Source: Microbotryum violaceum (taxonomy: Eukaryota). From it: a stretch of DNA of 64,000 bases. The stretch's first letter is position 1. The number at the start of each line of letters is the position of its first letter. The notes beneath the pieces are model-generated. The model made no database searches. It saw only the letters and a program-made list of their open reading frames with translations, and was not told where the DNA came from. The translations under genes and the position numbers were made by a program. Below, one piece after another: positions 31,331-43,250 of this stretch. The stretch lies in contig CDLV01000004.1 of NCBI GenBank assembly GCA_001244265.2, positions 310,001 to 374,000 on the forward strand. Direction: 5' to 3'.

Positions 31331-33634
31331 ATGATGAGTCAATCCCATCAACCACCTTCCAAATCGCAGCCAACGTTTGGCGCTCCGGCGATGAACAGCA
31401 GTATGTTTGCCGCCGATCGACACGGGTGCTCTGCCTGGACTACCGGCTCACGATCACATCTGACACATAGGTTCATAAGCTGCCTCTAGGTACGAGTCGT
31501 GCACCTTGCCTTGGACTCCCTATCAGTCCGCATATATCGACTATTCGGGTCCGTGGGTGGCCGTCGCGTCGATCGCGTATAGCATCGGTCTGGTCTGACG
31601 TTACACCGTCGTGCACCCGATCCAGCGTCCACTTCCGCTGGCGTAACGGCCATCTCGAACCCTGCGTCGTACAACTATCCATCGTCTCCGGGATCTGCTT
31701 CGTCCAATCAACCAGTTTACCGTCCCACGTTCCCCGATCCTGGACGCATCGATGGCCCATATCTAGCTCCGCCAACAAGCAACAATCTCGCAAGCATCGC
31801 AAGTATGGTCGAACAAGGAGGAAACAGTTCCGACAGCACGGGTATTGTCTTTGACGCGGCAGGTTTGCCAAATACTACTTAGCCTTCCGCTCACGATCGC
31901 CAAACGTCGCGGGCCGCACAAGTTTCCCAAAACGAGGAGGCAGGCCGCGCATCGCTGAACCACCCGCGAGCGTCCCGCAGTCAGTGTCTGCAGAGGACGG
32001 TGCCGGCGGTTCGATGGTCCATCAGTCGTTCCTTTCCACAGCACCTTACCAGTTCGCTCCGACCGGAATACCATCCAATGCTGCACTGAAAAAGCTCCTG
32101 GCTTCGACGACCGAGCGGAGGACAGCAAGTTGGACGCCGGCGAAGAGGCTGTTGCCGGAGGAGCTATACGAGCAGGCGTACTCCGCTGATACGCGCAACC
32201 CCAACAAGACGGAACGAGAACAACATAAGGCGTGGGCTGTGCAGAGGTTGTACGAAGAATTCGAATACTGCATCGAGAATAAAATTCGGCCGGACGACTT
32301 GAGACAGGTCACTTCGCCCGTTAGCCGGCTGTCGGCGAGCAACCCATGGAACGACTTTCAGAAAAGTCGATTCTTTGCAGCGCTTCTGATCAACGACGGG
32401 CATACCGGTAAGCCAGCGCTTCAACTTCGGCCTTCTCGTCTATCCTGACCAACTCAACGCTGAGCAATGCATTCTATAAGTACATTCAGTTCCAACCAAA
32501 TTGATGCAAAGGAAGGACCTAGCGCGCGTGTATTGGAACAGAATCTGCAGCAGTGAGGCTGAGAAGGTGGAGTGTCTCGCGGCTCTTGCATTGGAGCAGG
32601 CCGAGGACGATGCGGCCGCGCACCTTTCATCGGATCCACCGCTTCGAGCGGCCCACCTTGCATCGGCTCCGCAGCCTCGAAGCAGAACGAACCTGGCCAT
32701 GATCAAAAAGGCGAGGCAGGGACTGCAAGCATCCTTGACATCCTTGGTGAGAGTCCTTCTGAGTCCAAGCTTCAGATCGGAGGCCCTTTTGCTTATCGAT
32801 TCTTCACCGTTCCCTTTTCGGAAGGCCAATATCTTTTCGGACAACTACGGCATCGAGATGTTTGCTATCGCCTCCTCGAATTTACCCGAGACCAACAAGG
32901 AGCACTTTGTGGTCGCTTCCGTGGGCGGGGCGGCGTTTGCGCTTCGACAGGGTTGGGCCGACAAGGGGCAGGGACCGCTGGTCCGCGACTTTGCGCATTG
33001 CGTCGCAGGCACAGCGATTATAGCAGACAAGCGGGCCAGCATTGTCAGCGCCGGTGAGTGGCGAGATTTTACCGGATCTCAGGAAAGGGCAATAGCTAGT
33101 AGAGGTCAATTGATGTATCAGCGAATGTCTGCTCACAGCTTGGAACGCACCCGTGGCCGACAAGAACGTTGAGACCAAACGCCAATGGTACAGCCTCATC
33201 CTCAAGGAATTGTTCCGTGAGTACAATGAGTGCAGCCTGCCTACTCTTCCATACACGGTGCCTAATCTTGACCCGGCTCACTGTCTTCAGAGTCCGCGCT
33301 GCGCCGACGCTCCGTACTAGACGGCGAGAAAATCCAATCGCCCAAGTTCGTTTATAACGTAAAGGCCCTCCGGGACAACGCCAGAATCATTGTTCAGCGC
33401 GGCGCGCTCCTTCGCAAAGCGGATTTTCGAAGCCCGAGTGGCAAGCTCAAGTTGTTGGGACCCGACCTAGATCGGATCATCCCATTGCTGCGTGCAGGCG
33501 AGCTGAGCTTCATGCTGGAGGAAGAAGTAATCGGGTCAAGTGCCGACCAGGCAATGGCCGACGGCGGTGAAGGTGGCGACAGCGATGCTGACCGACGAAC
33601 TCGGAACACGAGCTCCGACGAGGACAGCGAGTGA
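31331..33634 (+). CDS. HMG-box-like KDZ partner gene, multi-exon (start and integrity uncertain)
   Basis: SNPWNDFQKSRFF, intron at 32408, KDLARVYWNRI, NYGIEMFAIASSN...FVVASVGGAAF, DFRSP...LDRIIPLLRAGELSF and an acidic tail. Confidence 0.65.
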
Positions 33635-35116
33635 GGTGACGATGGCCGAGCGCTCAGGGCCAGCCGGACTCGTCGACGCGCATGCTGAAGGGCCAGAATT
33701 CGTTGGACAACACAGGCCACCACGATCCTTCTTTTATAGTTTTGCTTCATATGCATCCGGCTCTTGGTGCCTAAAGGCGGAGAGGGTTATTGTTCGTTGG
33801 CCCTTCGTGCCTAATCTTCCCCAGGGCCGCTCGAGACCGACCTCTCCTTGTTGACGTGGGATGTGCCAGTGACGTAATCCTGCTCACAAACATCATCCTT
33901 CTTGTTCTGTTTTGTTTCCGAAGTGTTATGTAGAGTTGAATTGCCCTGTGAGAATGGAGTGCTCCCTGATCCGTGGTCCAGACGGAGCGTCTGCTTTCCG
34001 GAAGTGATTCTTTGAGCAAAGAATGAATGAACAGAAGTCGCAACGCGATTCCACAAATTGCAGTGTATGTTAGCATCTTCTTATCATCTCTCAACACTAA
34101 AGTGAACGGGCAAGGGTTGCATCTGGCCGGGCTCGGTCTTCGCCAAAGTGCCAATCAGAACTGCTGGGCCACGCCGGCCGATTGACTTCAAGCGGCGCGC
34201 GCTCCTAGAAGCTGAGCCTGAACGCGCAAATGAAGCGGAGCGGAACACGTAGGAAATCAGTCGTAAGTAGCGAAGTAGCGACGAAGTACGTGCTTGATGA
34301 GAGGCGGGTCGTACTCGATAATATATTCGGTGAGAACATGGAAGGCTTAAGCTTGTAACAGGCTTTTGAACCAAAAAGCCCAATTGACTCCGAGACACAG
34401 TAATCGATGCAGTGGCAAATCGGCAGCCGTACCTGGCGGCTGACTTGAAAGCGTCTGAAACTGGAAAGTTCTCGATGGGCCGCTCATACCTACCTCTTAC
34501 TTGAGAAACATCCCTTCTCGTCAATGAGATATGCCGCCAATCCTCAGACCACATGGTGAGTGCTCAAAGCAGAGAGAATTCTTGCATTAAGTTCGCCGCA
34601 CTAAGATGAATTGTCAGTGGCATTTCTGGTGAATCCGAATGTACAAAGACTCGGCGGTATGAAGCCATTCAGCTCTCATCGCGATCTTCGAGTTAGGCAT
34701 GTTCTCAGATTATGACTCTATGATATTACTCGGGCTCTGATGTATTGTCGGCCATGAGAGCCGTCCGAAGAGTGTCGCAGCATCGAGCGGTCCACTAATG
34801 GTTGACCTGACTTCCCGGATGGGTCTCCTGAAGCTCCTATCTAAGGGTTATAGTTGCATCATCATCTCTGTTTGCTGTATGCGCGGATCTAATTGATTTG
34901 ACGCCATGAAAGGTCTTGTTCGTCACCGGTGTGCGCAGTCTAGGAGGTGAGGAAAAACGATCTCCGATTTCCCGTCAAGCATAGACTTGTTGACACCAAG
35001 CTTTTCTTAAAACACGCGCAAGTCTCGGTAGCAGGGATGGGGATCAGTGCAAAGGTTCTTTGGCCGCGCCATGGCAGAAAGTCGAGTCCTTCGAGCGGGA
35101 ATTCTCAGAGAGAGTG

Positions 35117-36052
35117 AACCGCCCAGCCGTCTTGTTCGGAAGAAGATACATTCTCTGTAGTGATCGAACCCACTCACCCATCTTCACGGGGTAGACCTTC
35201 TAGGTACTCGAGCAGTTGCATGCGTTTTGACTGAAATGACCCTCGGCACTGGTAAGGGAAACCGCCGAGCCATCTTGTTCGGAAGAAGGGCTTGCACGCA
35301 CATGCCAACTTTGCTATTCAACTCTGTCCGAAGGTAGGAGATACATTCTCTATATTGATCAAACCCCCTCACCCATTTTCACGTGGAAGGCATTCTAGGT
35401 ACTCGAGCAGTTGCATGCGCTTTGATTGGACAGTCACCCGGCACTGGTAAGGGAAACCGCCGAGCCATCTTGTTCGGAAGAAGGGCTTGCACGCACATGC
35501 CAACTTTGCTATTCAACCCTGTCCGAGGGTAAGAGATACATTCTATATAGTGATCGAACCCACTCACCCATCTTCACGGGGTAGACCTTCTAGGTACTCG
35601 AGCAGTTGCATGCGTTTTGACTGAAATGACCCTCGGCACTGGTAAGGGAAACCGCCGAGCCATCTTGTTCGGAAGAAGGGCTTGCACGCACATGCCAACT
35701 TTGCTATTCAACTCTGTCCGAAGGTAGGAGATACATTCTCTATATTGATCAAACCCCCTCACCCATTTTCACGTGGAAGGCATTCTAGGTACTCGAGCAG
35801 TTGCATGCGCTTTGATTGGACAGTCACCCGGCACTGGTAAGGGAAACCGCCGAGCCATCTTGTTCGGAAGAAGGGCTTGCACGCACATGCCAACTTTGCT
35901 ATTCAACCCTGTCCGAGGGTAAGAGATACATTCTCTATAGTGATCGAACCCACTCACCCATTTTCACGTGGTAGACATTCTAGGTACTCGAGCAATTGCA
36001 TGCGCTTTGATTGAAAAGTCACCCGGCAAGTCACCCGGCAAGTCACCCGGCA
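35117..36052. repeat. 195-bp tandem array arranged as a 390-bp AB higher-order repeat
   Basis: Units start at 35144, 35339, 35534 and 35729, with a partial unit at 35924. Alternate units are near-identical. The array ends in 3 x AGTCACCCGGCA (36017-36052). Confidence 0.95.
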
Positions 36053-36225
36053 GGAGTCTAATAAGGCAGGCGCAGCCCAGAGATTAGGTCTGACAATATT
36101 TCTTTCTAGAAGACGGTGTTATTACTCTCACCCACCGCAATTGAGACGACTATAGTTTGCAAACACCATTTCCATTGTTTCAACATTAAGTTGCTCCACT
36201 AATTCAATTTACATCAGAAGCTAGT

Positions 36226-39200
36226 CTAAACGTCCGAGAAGTATTCGTCTTCCTGACCAGCGAAGTCATCGCCGTAGCTTTCATCTGAAGAGCTGCCCAT
36301 CTCACCGTCCTGCTCGAGGAGTTGTGCGGAGAGAGGCCCCACCTCCTTTGCGAGTTCAGCCCCGTCGCTCATATCCATCTGTGCCTCAATGGCCCGCACT
36401 TGCTGAACGTCACGGGCCGGCGGTGGAGGCCCCGCGGAGTCGTCGAGGCCAGATCTCTCCATAGTACCGCGTGTTCCGGATCGATTATGTGCAGGTCGCT
36501 CGTGATGTTTTGTCTTCTTGACAGCTCTTCCCGTTGCGTTCAATCGTTGATGTAAACCACGAAGTTCTGACAATGCAGGAGGCATGGGCTCGGAATGGCC
36601 CTCTGACTGCCCGCGAGTCTCGAGCCAAACATCGAAGAAATAGTTGTTCTGGGACCAAGAACATTCGCGCAACTGCAGAAGCTCCATCCGGCGATCTAGT
36701 ATGATGAGCGCGCGGCCTCGGATCTCTTCAACATCTTCAGTGCCGAATATGGACTTGGCATCAGCTGGGTCGATGGATTCAGGAAGGGTATCTGTTGAGA
36801 TGGTTTGAAAGATGTTAGGGCGACCTAAGAGGTGATATGGAGCACGCCGTGTCGAAAACTTACCCGACACGTTAGTCCAAAGTGTCTGGCAACTAGTGAG
36901 ACGAGCTTTTTCATCTTCGAGCCAAGCCAAAGCTTGCCGCACCTCGGCGCCGATCCGCGCTTTCTCCTCACCGACTCGATCCTTGGCGCGCACAGCTGTT
37001 ACTCCTCGCTTGACCCAAGGATTGACAGCCCAAGCAGCTTCAACACGCGTGAAAAAGCCGTCCTGCCAGAACGGGTCCGTCTCATCGAGGTCGATCGCAG
37101 AAGCTGTCGGAAATCCGGAGATTGTTGAGTAGGCTCGAAGGTGTTGATCCCATCGCGAGACGGAAGGCCTCAACGGCCTTGTTGTACGTCTTGCGAGCCT
37201 TTTCCGCGCCAGAATAAATCTTGCCGTCTGTAGCACGAGCTTTGCTGACCGCTCGTTGACCTAGCTTTGCACCTCCCTTGCCACGACCCGTCGAAAGTAG
37301 CTTCTCCCGACTGGTTTTGTAGGCAATCACCTCGAGATGAATTTTGCGCAACGCCACAGAGCACTGGAACAGATGTCGAAGTTCTGCACAGCACCTAAGC
37401 TATCAGTGCAAGCTACAGCAATCATGTGAGCAACACACATTAACTGACCTCTGGACGAGAGGCCCGTGACATAACGAGCCTGTGCCATTGCCGCTCGATC
37501 GATGTCCATCCCGAGGCTGCGGCGTTTGGCGCTTAGCGATTCCAAGACGTCTGAATCGGGCTCTTCGGTATCCCTTTGCAAAAGCCCAGCAAGTCAGAAT
37601 CATAGACAGTGAGCGACGGCCTGGCCAGATGATCTACGTATATTCGCGACTCAATCTTGTAGAGGCTCTCCATAAGTCCATAGAGGTCGCTCTCCCTCAG
37701 GCGATCCGCCTCCGATTGCTGCGCAGCTGTCTTTGGCACTTGCGCCAGTCGCTGTTCTTCCCACTCGCGGCGGAGCGCATCTTCGTTCAACCTCGAATCG
37801 TAGGCAATGATGCTATTAAGCTCTTCCTCAGCAGCGACACCCTTGTCGTTTGCCTCATGGTAGCGACGATAGAACCAGGCCCCTAAATAAAACATATCGA
37901 GTGTCAGCATTGTGATTGAGATAATTGCGATCTAGGTGCGGCTTACCCAGCTTGTTGACGGTCGCGTCATTCAGTGCTTGGATACGGACCGCCAGGTTGA
38001 CGAAGCGATGGGACTTGTTCGAGGGGCGGTTGATGGGAATGAGCGACCGTAGCCCGCTCCACAATCGCTCACAGCCCTCTCCATCAGTCAGCCCGAAGTT
38101 CGGAATGAGGCGCGGGTTGAACTCGACTTGGCAGGACCAGATATGGGCGTATGCATGGAAGACGCTCGTGGCGAACTCCAGTCGCTTGAAAAGCTTTGGC
38201 AGGAGCTGCCTCTGGTGACAAATGATAAAGTAGGCGCATTTGGTCAGTGCCAACGAAATTGAGGAGGAAGGGACCCGTCGTAATCGATGCGAACCTTTTC
38301 AATGTGGTGCTTGAAGTTACAAGCAATGTCGTATAAGACTCCGATCTTGGCGTGTTCAGGAAGGCGCTCTGAAATGTGCTTGAGGATGGCAAGCGCATAG
38401 TACAATCTGAGTGGTCGGAGGGGAATCTGCGCATTAGTACTGGGATTCGAGAGGAAAGCGGAAGCGACTAAGTCTCGCCAGACAGCTCCGCGCTTACTTT
38501 TCACCAGACCTCTCAAGATTGACCATTTTCAGGTTCACGTCATGACGGCATACGCAGGCAACGAGTCCGGTGTCGACTACTCGTGACGAGGTTGAGCCAG
38601 CTCCGTCGTCGGCAGCCTTCCACGACTCTGTGCACGCCTATGACGGTGGGTGGGTGTAGAGGCAAGCGATCCCATTAAGGCAAATGCAAAGAGCGGCATT
38701 ACTCACTTTTTTGGTCGGTCGCACCGAAGCTTTAACCTCGGCCTCCATCGCCTGAACCTCTTCCTCAGCCAAGAAAATGTCCGGAACGATTCCTTGGACG
38801 TCATGCTTCGAGTTTTTCTCACGCGTTTGCTGAAAGTTACCGTCGTATGCAAGCACGCAATCCAATGTGACGTCGTGACAAGGTTGATTAAGTCACGTTG
38901 GCCCGAAGCACGCGGGACACTTGTTGGAACGAATCGACGGTGCCTGCGAGAAGGTCCCCGCTGTCCTCCTCGCATGTTTCGAGAGCGCGGTACTCGTCGA
39001 TCGCGTTGCTTCCGAAGGTCTTTGTCCTGTATGCGCAGAAGGCAGGCTTTAAGCAAGTGCCCATGAGGCGATGGCGGCGTCCAAACTCACCCAAGGATGT
39101 CCCGTATAGTGACCCCGACCCCACCCACAACGGGAGTAATACTCTTTGAGGCCGTCCGCATAGCCAGTGATAGCGCGGGGGCTGACCTTCCAGCTTGCTT

Positions 39201-39378
39201 GGGCCTGCTCGACCAGTCGAAATGAGAAGGCGGTCATCGGCATTGAAGCAGTCGAAGAGATGAACCCTAGTTGGGCCAAGCGTTCGACGTCCGTAGCACA
39301 CCGCGACTCGGAAGCACAGAAGGTGACCTGCAATTTGTAGACCGACGGTTTGGACTTGTATCTTCTCTTCGGCGGCAT
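36226..39378 (-). pseudogene. KDZ transposase (CxC1-like + KDZ domain), multi-exon, probably frameshifted
   Basis: VTFC...LGFISS...TAFSFRL, CPACFG, AYDGNFQQ, ACTESWKAADD, DTGLVACVCRHD, IGVLYDIAC, VFHAYAHIWSCQVEFNPR, FGLTDGEGCERLWSGL. Confidence 0.88.
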
Positions 39379-39763
39379 GGCGATGCCGAGTCAAGTGCAT
39401 GAGCAAGAGGACTAATGCGAGCCGTGGGGCCTGTACAGTCGATGGCGACGCTACAAGGAGCTGTAGCGAAAGCAACGAGGTGAGGCGGCATGTCAAGTGG
39501 AAGGTCCCTCGCGTGTTGCGCTAGGCCTCGGCGCGCGTGGCCGACTGCCGACTGCCGCCAACGCGTGTGCTCGGACCCTTCGATCTCGGGACCGAAATCC
39601 CGCGCGACCGCTTCGGACACGTGACATTGACAACATCCGAAAGATGCGTGAAAAATATGAAGGAAGGAATGCATCTACTACCCACTTTCCTAATCAATCT
39701 AGCAGCTGTGAGAGTGTTGTGTGTACACAGAATCGACTCGAAGCAGAGAGTTGGGTGTAACCT

Positions 39764-39870
39764 GGGCCAAGTCGGCGCCCTGGGGTAGCAAGGGTACACC
39801 CCGCTGGGGCAGTGACTTGGAAGGCACGTGAGGGGGCGCTGCGCGCGCGCCTGTTTAGGCGTATTTTTTA
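39764..39870. repeat. Right TIR of KDZ family 2
   Basis: Reverse complement of 30789-30895. Confidence 0.95.
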
Positions 39871-39902
39871 GCACGCACACATAACCGCTCTACTCGCTTG
39901 TC

Positions 39903-40079
39903 ACTTTGGGCTCACATAAGGTCGGCTTTTGGGCCCACATCGGAGGCGAATCTGGTCCCACATCGGAGGCGACTTTGGGATCACATCGGAGCGGACTTTG
40001 GGATCACATCGATGCGGACTTTGGGATCACATCCGAGGTCATTCTTGTACCACGTTCATGGGAACTTTGGTACCACATA
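39903..40079. repeat. 23-bp degenerate minisatellite, about 7.5 units
   Basis: Consensus ACTTTGGGATCACATCGGAGGCG with an exact 23-bp period from 39903. Confidence 0.85.
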
Positions 40080-40638
40080 GTGTAGAGGCCTGTATCTCTT
40101 GCAATATGTAATGTATCACTCTGGGGAATGTAGTATGATGTATGTACAGGTCTATAGTACTTCTGGCGGGTGAGACGAGGCGGACAATGCAGTAGTTGCT
40201 ACATCGGGGTTCTTCCCCGCTGTGCCGCTCCGCGCCCGTGTCAGCGGTTAAACCTTACGCCGATCGTCACGAGGCAGCAAGCGTAGCTTGCAATAAATAT
40301 CATAGGGTGGAGCAAACGGTTTTTTCTTGCTGACTAGAATACTTATGCGGTAATGATATAATCACTACATGGGTGAGCTGTAGTGTTCCTTAGGCCTGCA
40401 ATCGTTAGCACCCTTATTCGAGAAAATTCAAATATTCGGCGAAAGCCCTGGGCCGCGCCAAAACTCGCAGGCGCTCGTCGTTTGACGGGCTACACCGGCA
40501 AACTCACGAATGCCCCTGAAAGCAGCTCCTTTCCTCAGAGCTTCACACGCTCACTGGTGTTTCCCCCACTCTCTCTTCTTCTTACACATAAAGTCCTCAC
40601 GTAAACACTCCTCCCTATCTTAGTCGCGCGGAAATACT

Positions 40639-41274
40639 GTGCATCTCGAGCAAACGACGCCCAGTGAGGGGTTTACCTTCAAGGTAGATGGCGCCAGTCG
40701 CACTCATCATGTCGACAGGAGAAATGAGCCAACTGCTCCAAAACAAAGGGGCCGACCACCCATCGCGTTGCAGGAACAAAGCTCCCCAGAGGGATACGCA
40801 TCGGAAGTTGACTCGGAAGTGGATGAGGATGAGGACAGTCTGCAAGTCTTGGCAGCTTTGGTCCCGGTTCCCTCAAAGTCCTCGATATCTAGCCCCTCCG
40901 CAGTCTCGGGGCTTTTAATCTCTCCAAAGAGCCGTTCGAGAGACTCCGACGAGGATTCGGCAGACGAGGGTTACTACGGAGTCGACGACGACAATTCGGA
41001 CGAGAAATCAATTGACAACATCTTCTCGGCACTACTCCTGGCTCGGAACGACAAGAAGATCCTTGACCGGCACACGTACGAGCCCTCTCGACAGGACAAA
41101 GAGTTATCAAACACGACGCGCGAGGCAATTTTCTCAAACATGATCCTCACGACTGCAGAGCACAACGAGCTCCGTCTCAGGCCGCTTGTTCTCAATTGTC
41201 GCAAGCCGAGGTCCGGATGGGAATTTGTACGCAAACTTCCTGTCCTGGAGCTCCCAAAGTTCATGGCTACAGAG
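40639..41274 (+). other. Possible exon of an unknown acidic protein
   Basis: 214-codon ORF with a RGRP motif and acidic tracts, ending at a GTATGT donor. No family recognised. Confidence 0.3.
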
Positions 41275-42170
41275 GTATGTTGAAGCTGCATGCTGCGCTG
41301 CGTTTTGTTTCGTCCTGTGAACGACCTAACTTTCATTGGTGCGATCTATTAACAGAAGCATGACTGGGCTCCACGCAAATATGAACGCTGTCTCGCTGTC
41401 GTCGAGCGACCTTACATGATACATGTTGCTCCTTGGTAATGATAAACACCCCCGTTCTGCATCCGACCCAGAGCTATCCTCTTGAGCGTCCTCCATGTCA
41501 ACGTCCGTAGAATCTGAGCTGAGTTTGTCGCAGTTTGATTCTTCGACTGGTGGTGGGTCTCCGCAGTGAGACAAGAGGTTACGGATGTGTCCACTGATGA
41601 AAGAGTTGCTTTCGACTGTTGCGTCGAGGCGTGCGTCAATCTGATCAGATGCCAAGACTTCAGGAGCCATGTCGTGGCTGGAGACGAAGGCGGATTTGGT
41701 TCGTTTCATCTCTTTCACAATGATTGAGTCAGACTGCACAGGTAGGATGCAAGTGTTTAAGAGGCTCTGCCGCGGTCTTGTATACTGATCTGATATGCTG
41801 GAGTGTTACCCACCTGGTTGGCGATCCAATCATTGGTTCGGCCTCGTACGTCTGGGCCATGTTCGCAGGCGAGTTGGAGTTGTATAATGAGATCAAGTAC
41901 ATGCTTGAGCCGGGTCCAATTACTGTTGAAGAGCTTTGGCCTATGATTGTGCACCATCGTGTTGCGTTGATGGGCTGAAATACCACGAGAGGTATTGACA
42001 TAGCGAGAGCTTGTGAAGCCGAAACCGAGCGAATAGATCCGCCTGACGGCGGCGATCCTGGCGAGTCGTCGAGTCATAGCGTCTGCGGTTCCGCGTCATT
42101 CGGAGATAAGCGCGGTGTTGCATCGAGAACAAGCGAAGAGCATAGTACCGGGAAGACGAGTGATGCGGAA

Positions 42171-42232
42171 TGCGACGGGAGAGAAACCGATGCGCACACG
42201 CTGCGACGGGAAAGAAACCGATGCGCACACGC
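42171..42232. repeat. 31-bp tandem duplication
   Basis: TGCGACGGGARAGAAACCGATGCGCACACGC twice, one mismatch. Confidence 0.85.
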
Positions 42233-42674
42233 CGAAGTGCGCAAGCCGGCGGCTGCAGCAGCGTGCTGCCGCTCGGACCAGTTGGGACCAAATTGACCAA
42301 ATTTACACACTTCAGATCATTATAGCTTCGTCTACAGATGGGGTATCCTCTTGCCGTTCGGCACCGGCCATTTTTTCTAGTAGAAGATCATCAATAGCTC
42401 TGCGTTTTGGATAATTGTCGGTAGATGCCACGCTACAAAGAACCACCCCAAAATGGCCTGGAAATTTCGGAGGGCAACTGGGCCAGGCGCGCCGGTAAGT
42501 CCTAAGCCCCTCCCAGAGGGAGGGCTTAGTTGAGCTTACGGACGGTCGTGCTTTCGACAATTGCGCGCGCTCCTTATTGGGCGATCTACGCCCAGAGGAT
42601 ATCAATTAGGACCGATTAGGAAACAATCGATTACACGCGGAACCCTCCGCTGGCTCTCATCGGAACCATTAGTA

Positions 42675-43250
42675 CACATGCGCGCGCGAAACTCATGGAG
42701 CCCATATGGAAAAACGCCGTATGTCTGCCAAGACCAAAGTTACCTTGCACCCAAAACTGAACGGCTTTCGAGGGGGCGTCCAAGGCTCGCCTCGTATCTC
42801 TGTAAATCTGGCAACAGCAGCTTTGTTCCAATGCTGTTCCAATTCCTACCTCTTCGCGTATGGCTCAGGAGTAAGCACTCTGCAAAGGACGGCCTTTAAG
42901 GACCTAACCGGGCCCAGGTCAGGTCAATCTCCTAGGAGAATTGGCCCGATCCGCTGGCTTAAATCCGAAGTCATAGTTCTCCCGGCGGCGCCCGGTACTC
43001 ATCGGTGCCAACTCTTCGGGGTGACCAATCGAATTGTTCTACGTCAAGGATTGCCAACTCAAGGCGCACAGAATTTGGACAGGCCTATAAGGCATGGCGG
43101 CCGTAAGCGCGTTGGTGACTCAACTGAACGACCTTGAGTGAAGCCATCGCATGGGCCCGGGCGGCCCACCGGCATTTCGAAGTCGAACCTCTTCTTGAAG
43201 TGGGCTTGATTAAGACCGAGTCGGATACGGCTCCGGAAGGGTTTTGAAGT
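42675..43250. mobile_element. End of a CAC-terminated DNA transposon (same terminus as 27806)
   Basis: TA|CACATGCGCGCGCGAAA followed by CCATATGG, CCTTTAAGG, CCTAGG and CCTATAAGG motifs. The inner boundary is unknown. Confidence 0.5.

Larger units (their letters stand above)
30789..39870. mobile_element. KDZ-class DNA transposon, family 2, complete (9082 bp)
   Basis: 107-bp TIRs with one mismatch enclose a plus-strand partner gene, a tandem array and a minus-strand KDZ transposase. Confidence 0.9.

Noticed and set aside
35117-36052. CRISPR-like repeat-spacer array, or four 62-aa genes
   Set aside because: The variable parts are homologous to each other and alternate A/B rather than being unique spacers. 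There are no cas genes and the context is eukaryotic. The ORFs start at GTG and simply follow the repeat period.
39903-40079. CRISPR array from the 23-bp (or the 22-bp at 30512) repeats
   Set aside because: The units are contiguous with no spacers; these are ordinary minisatellites.
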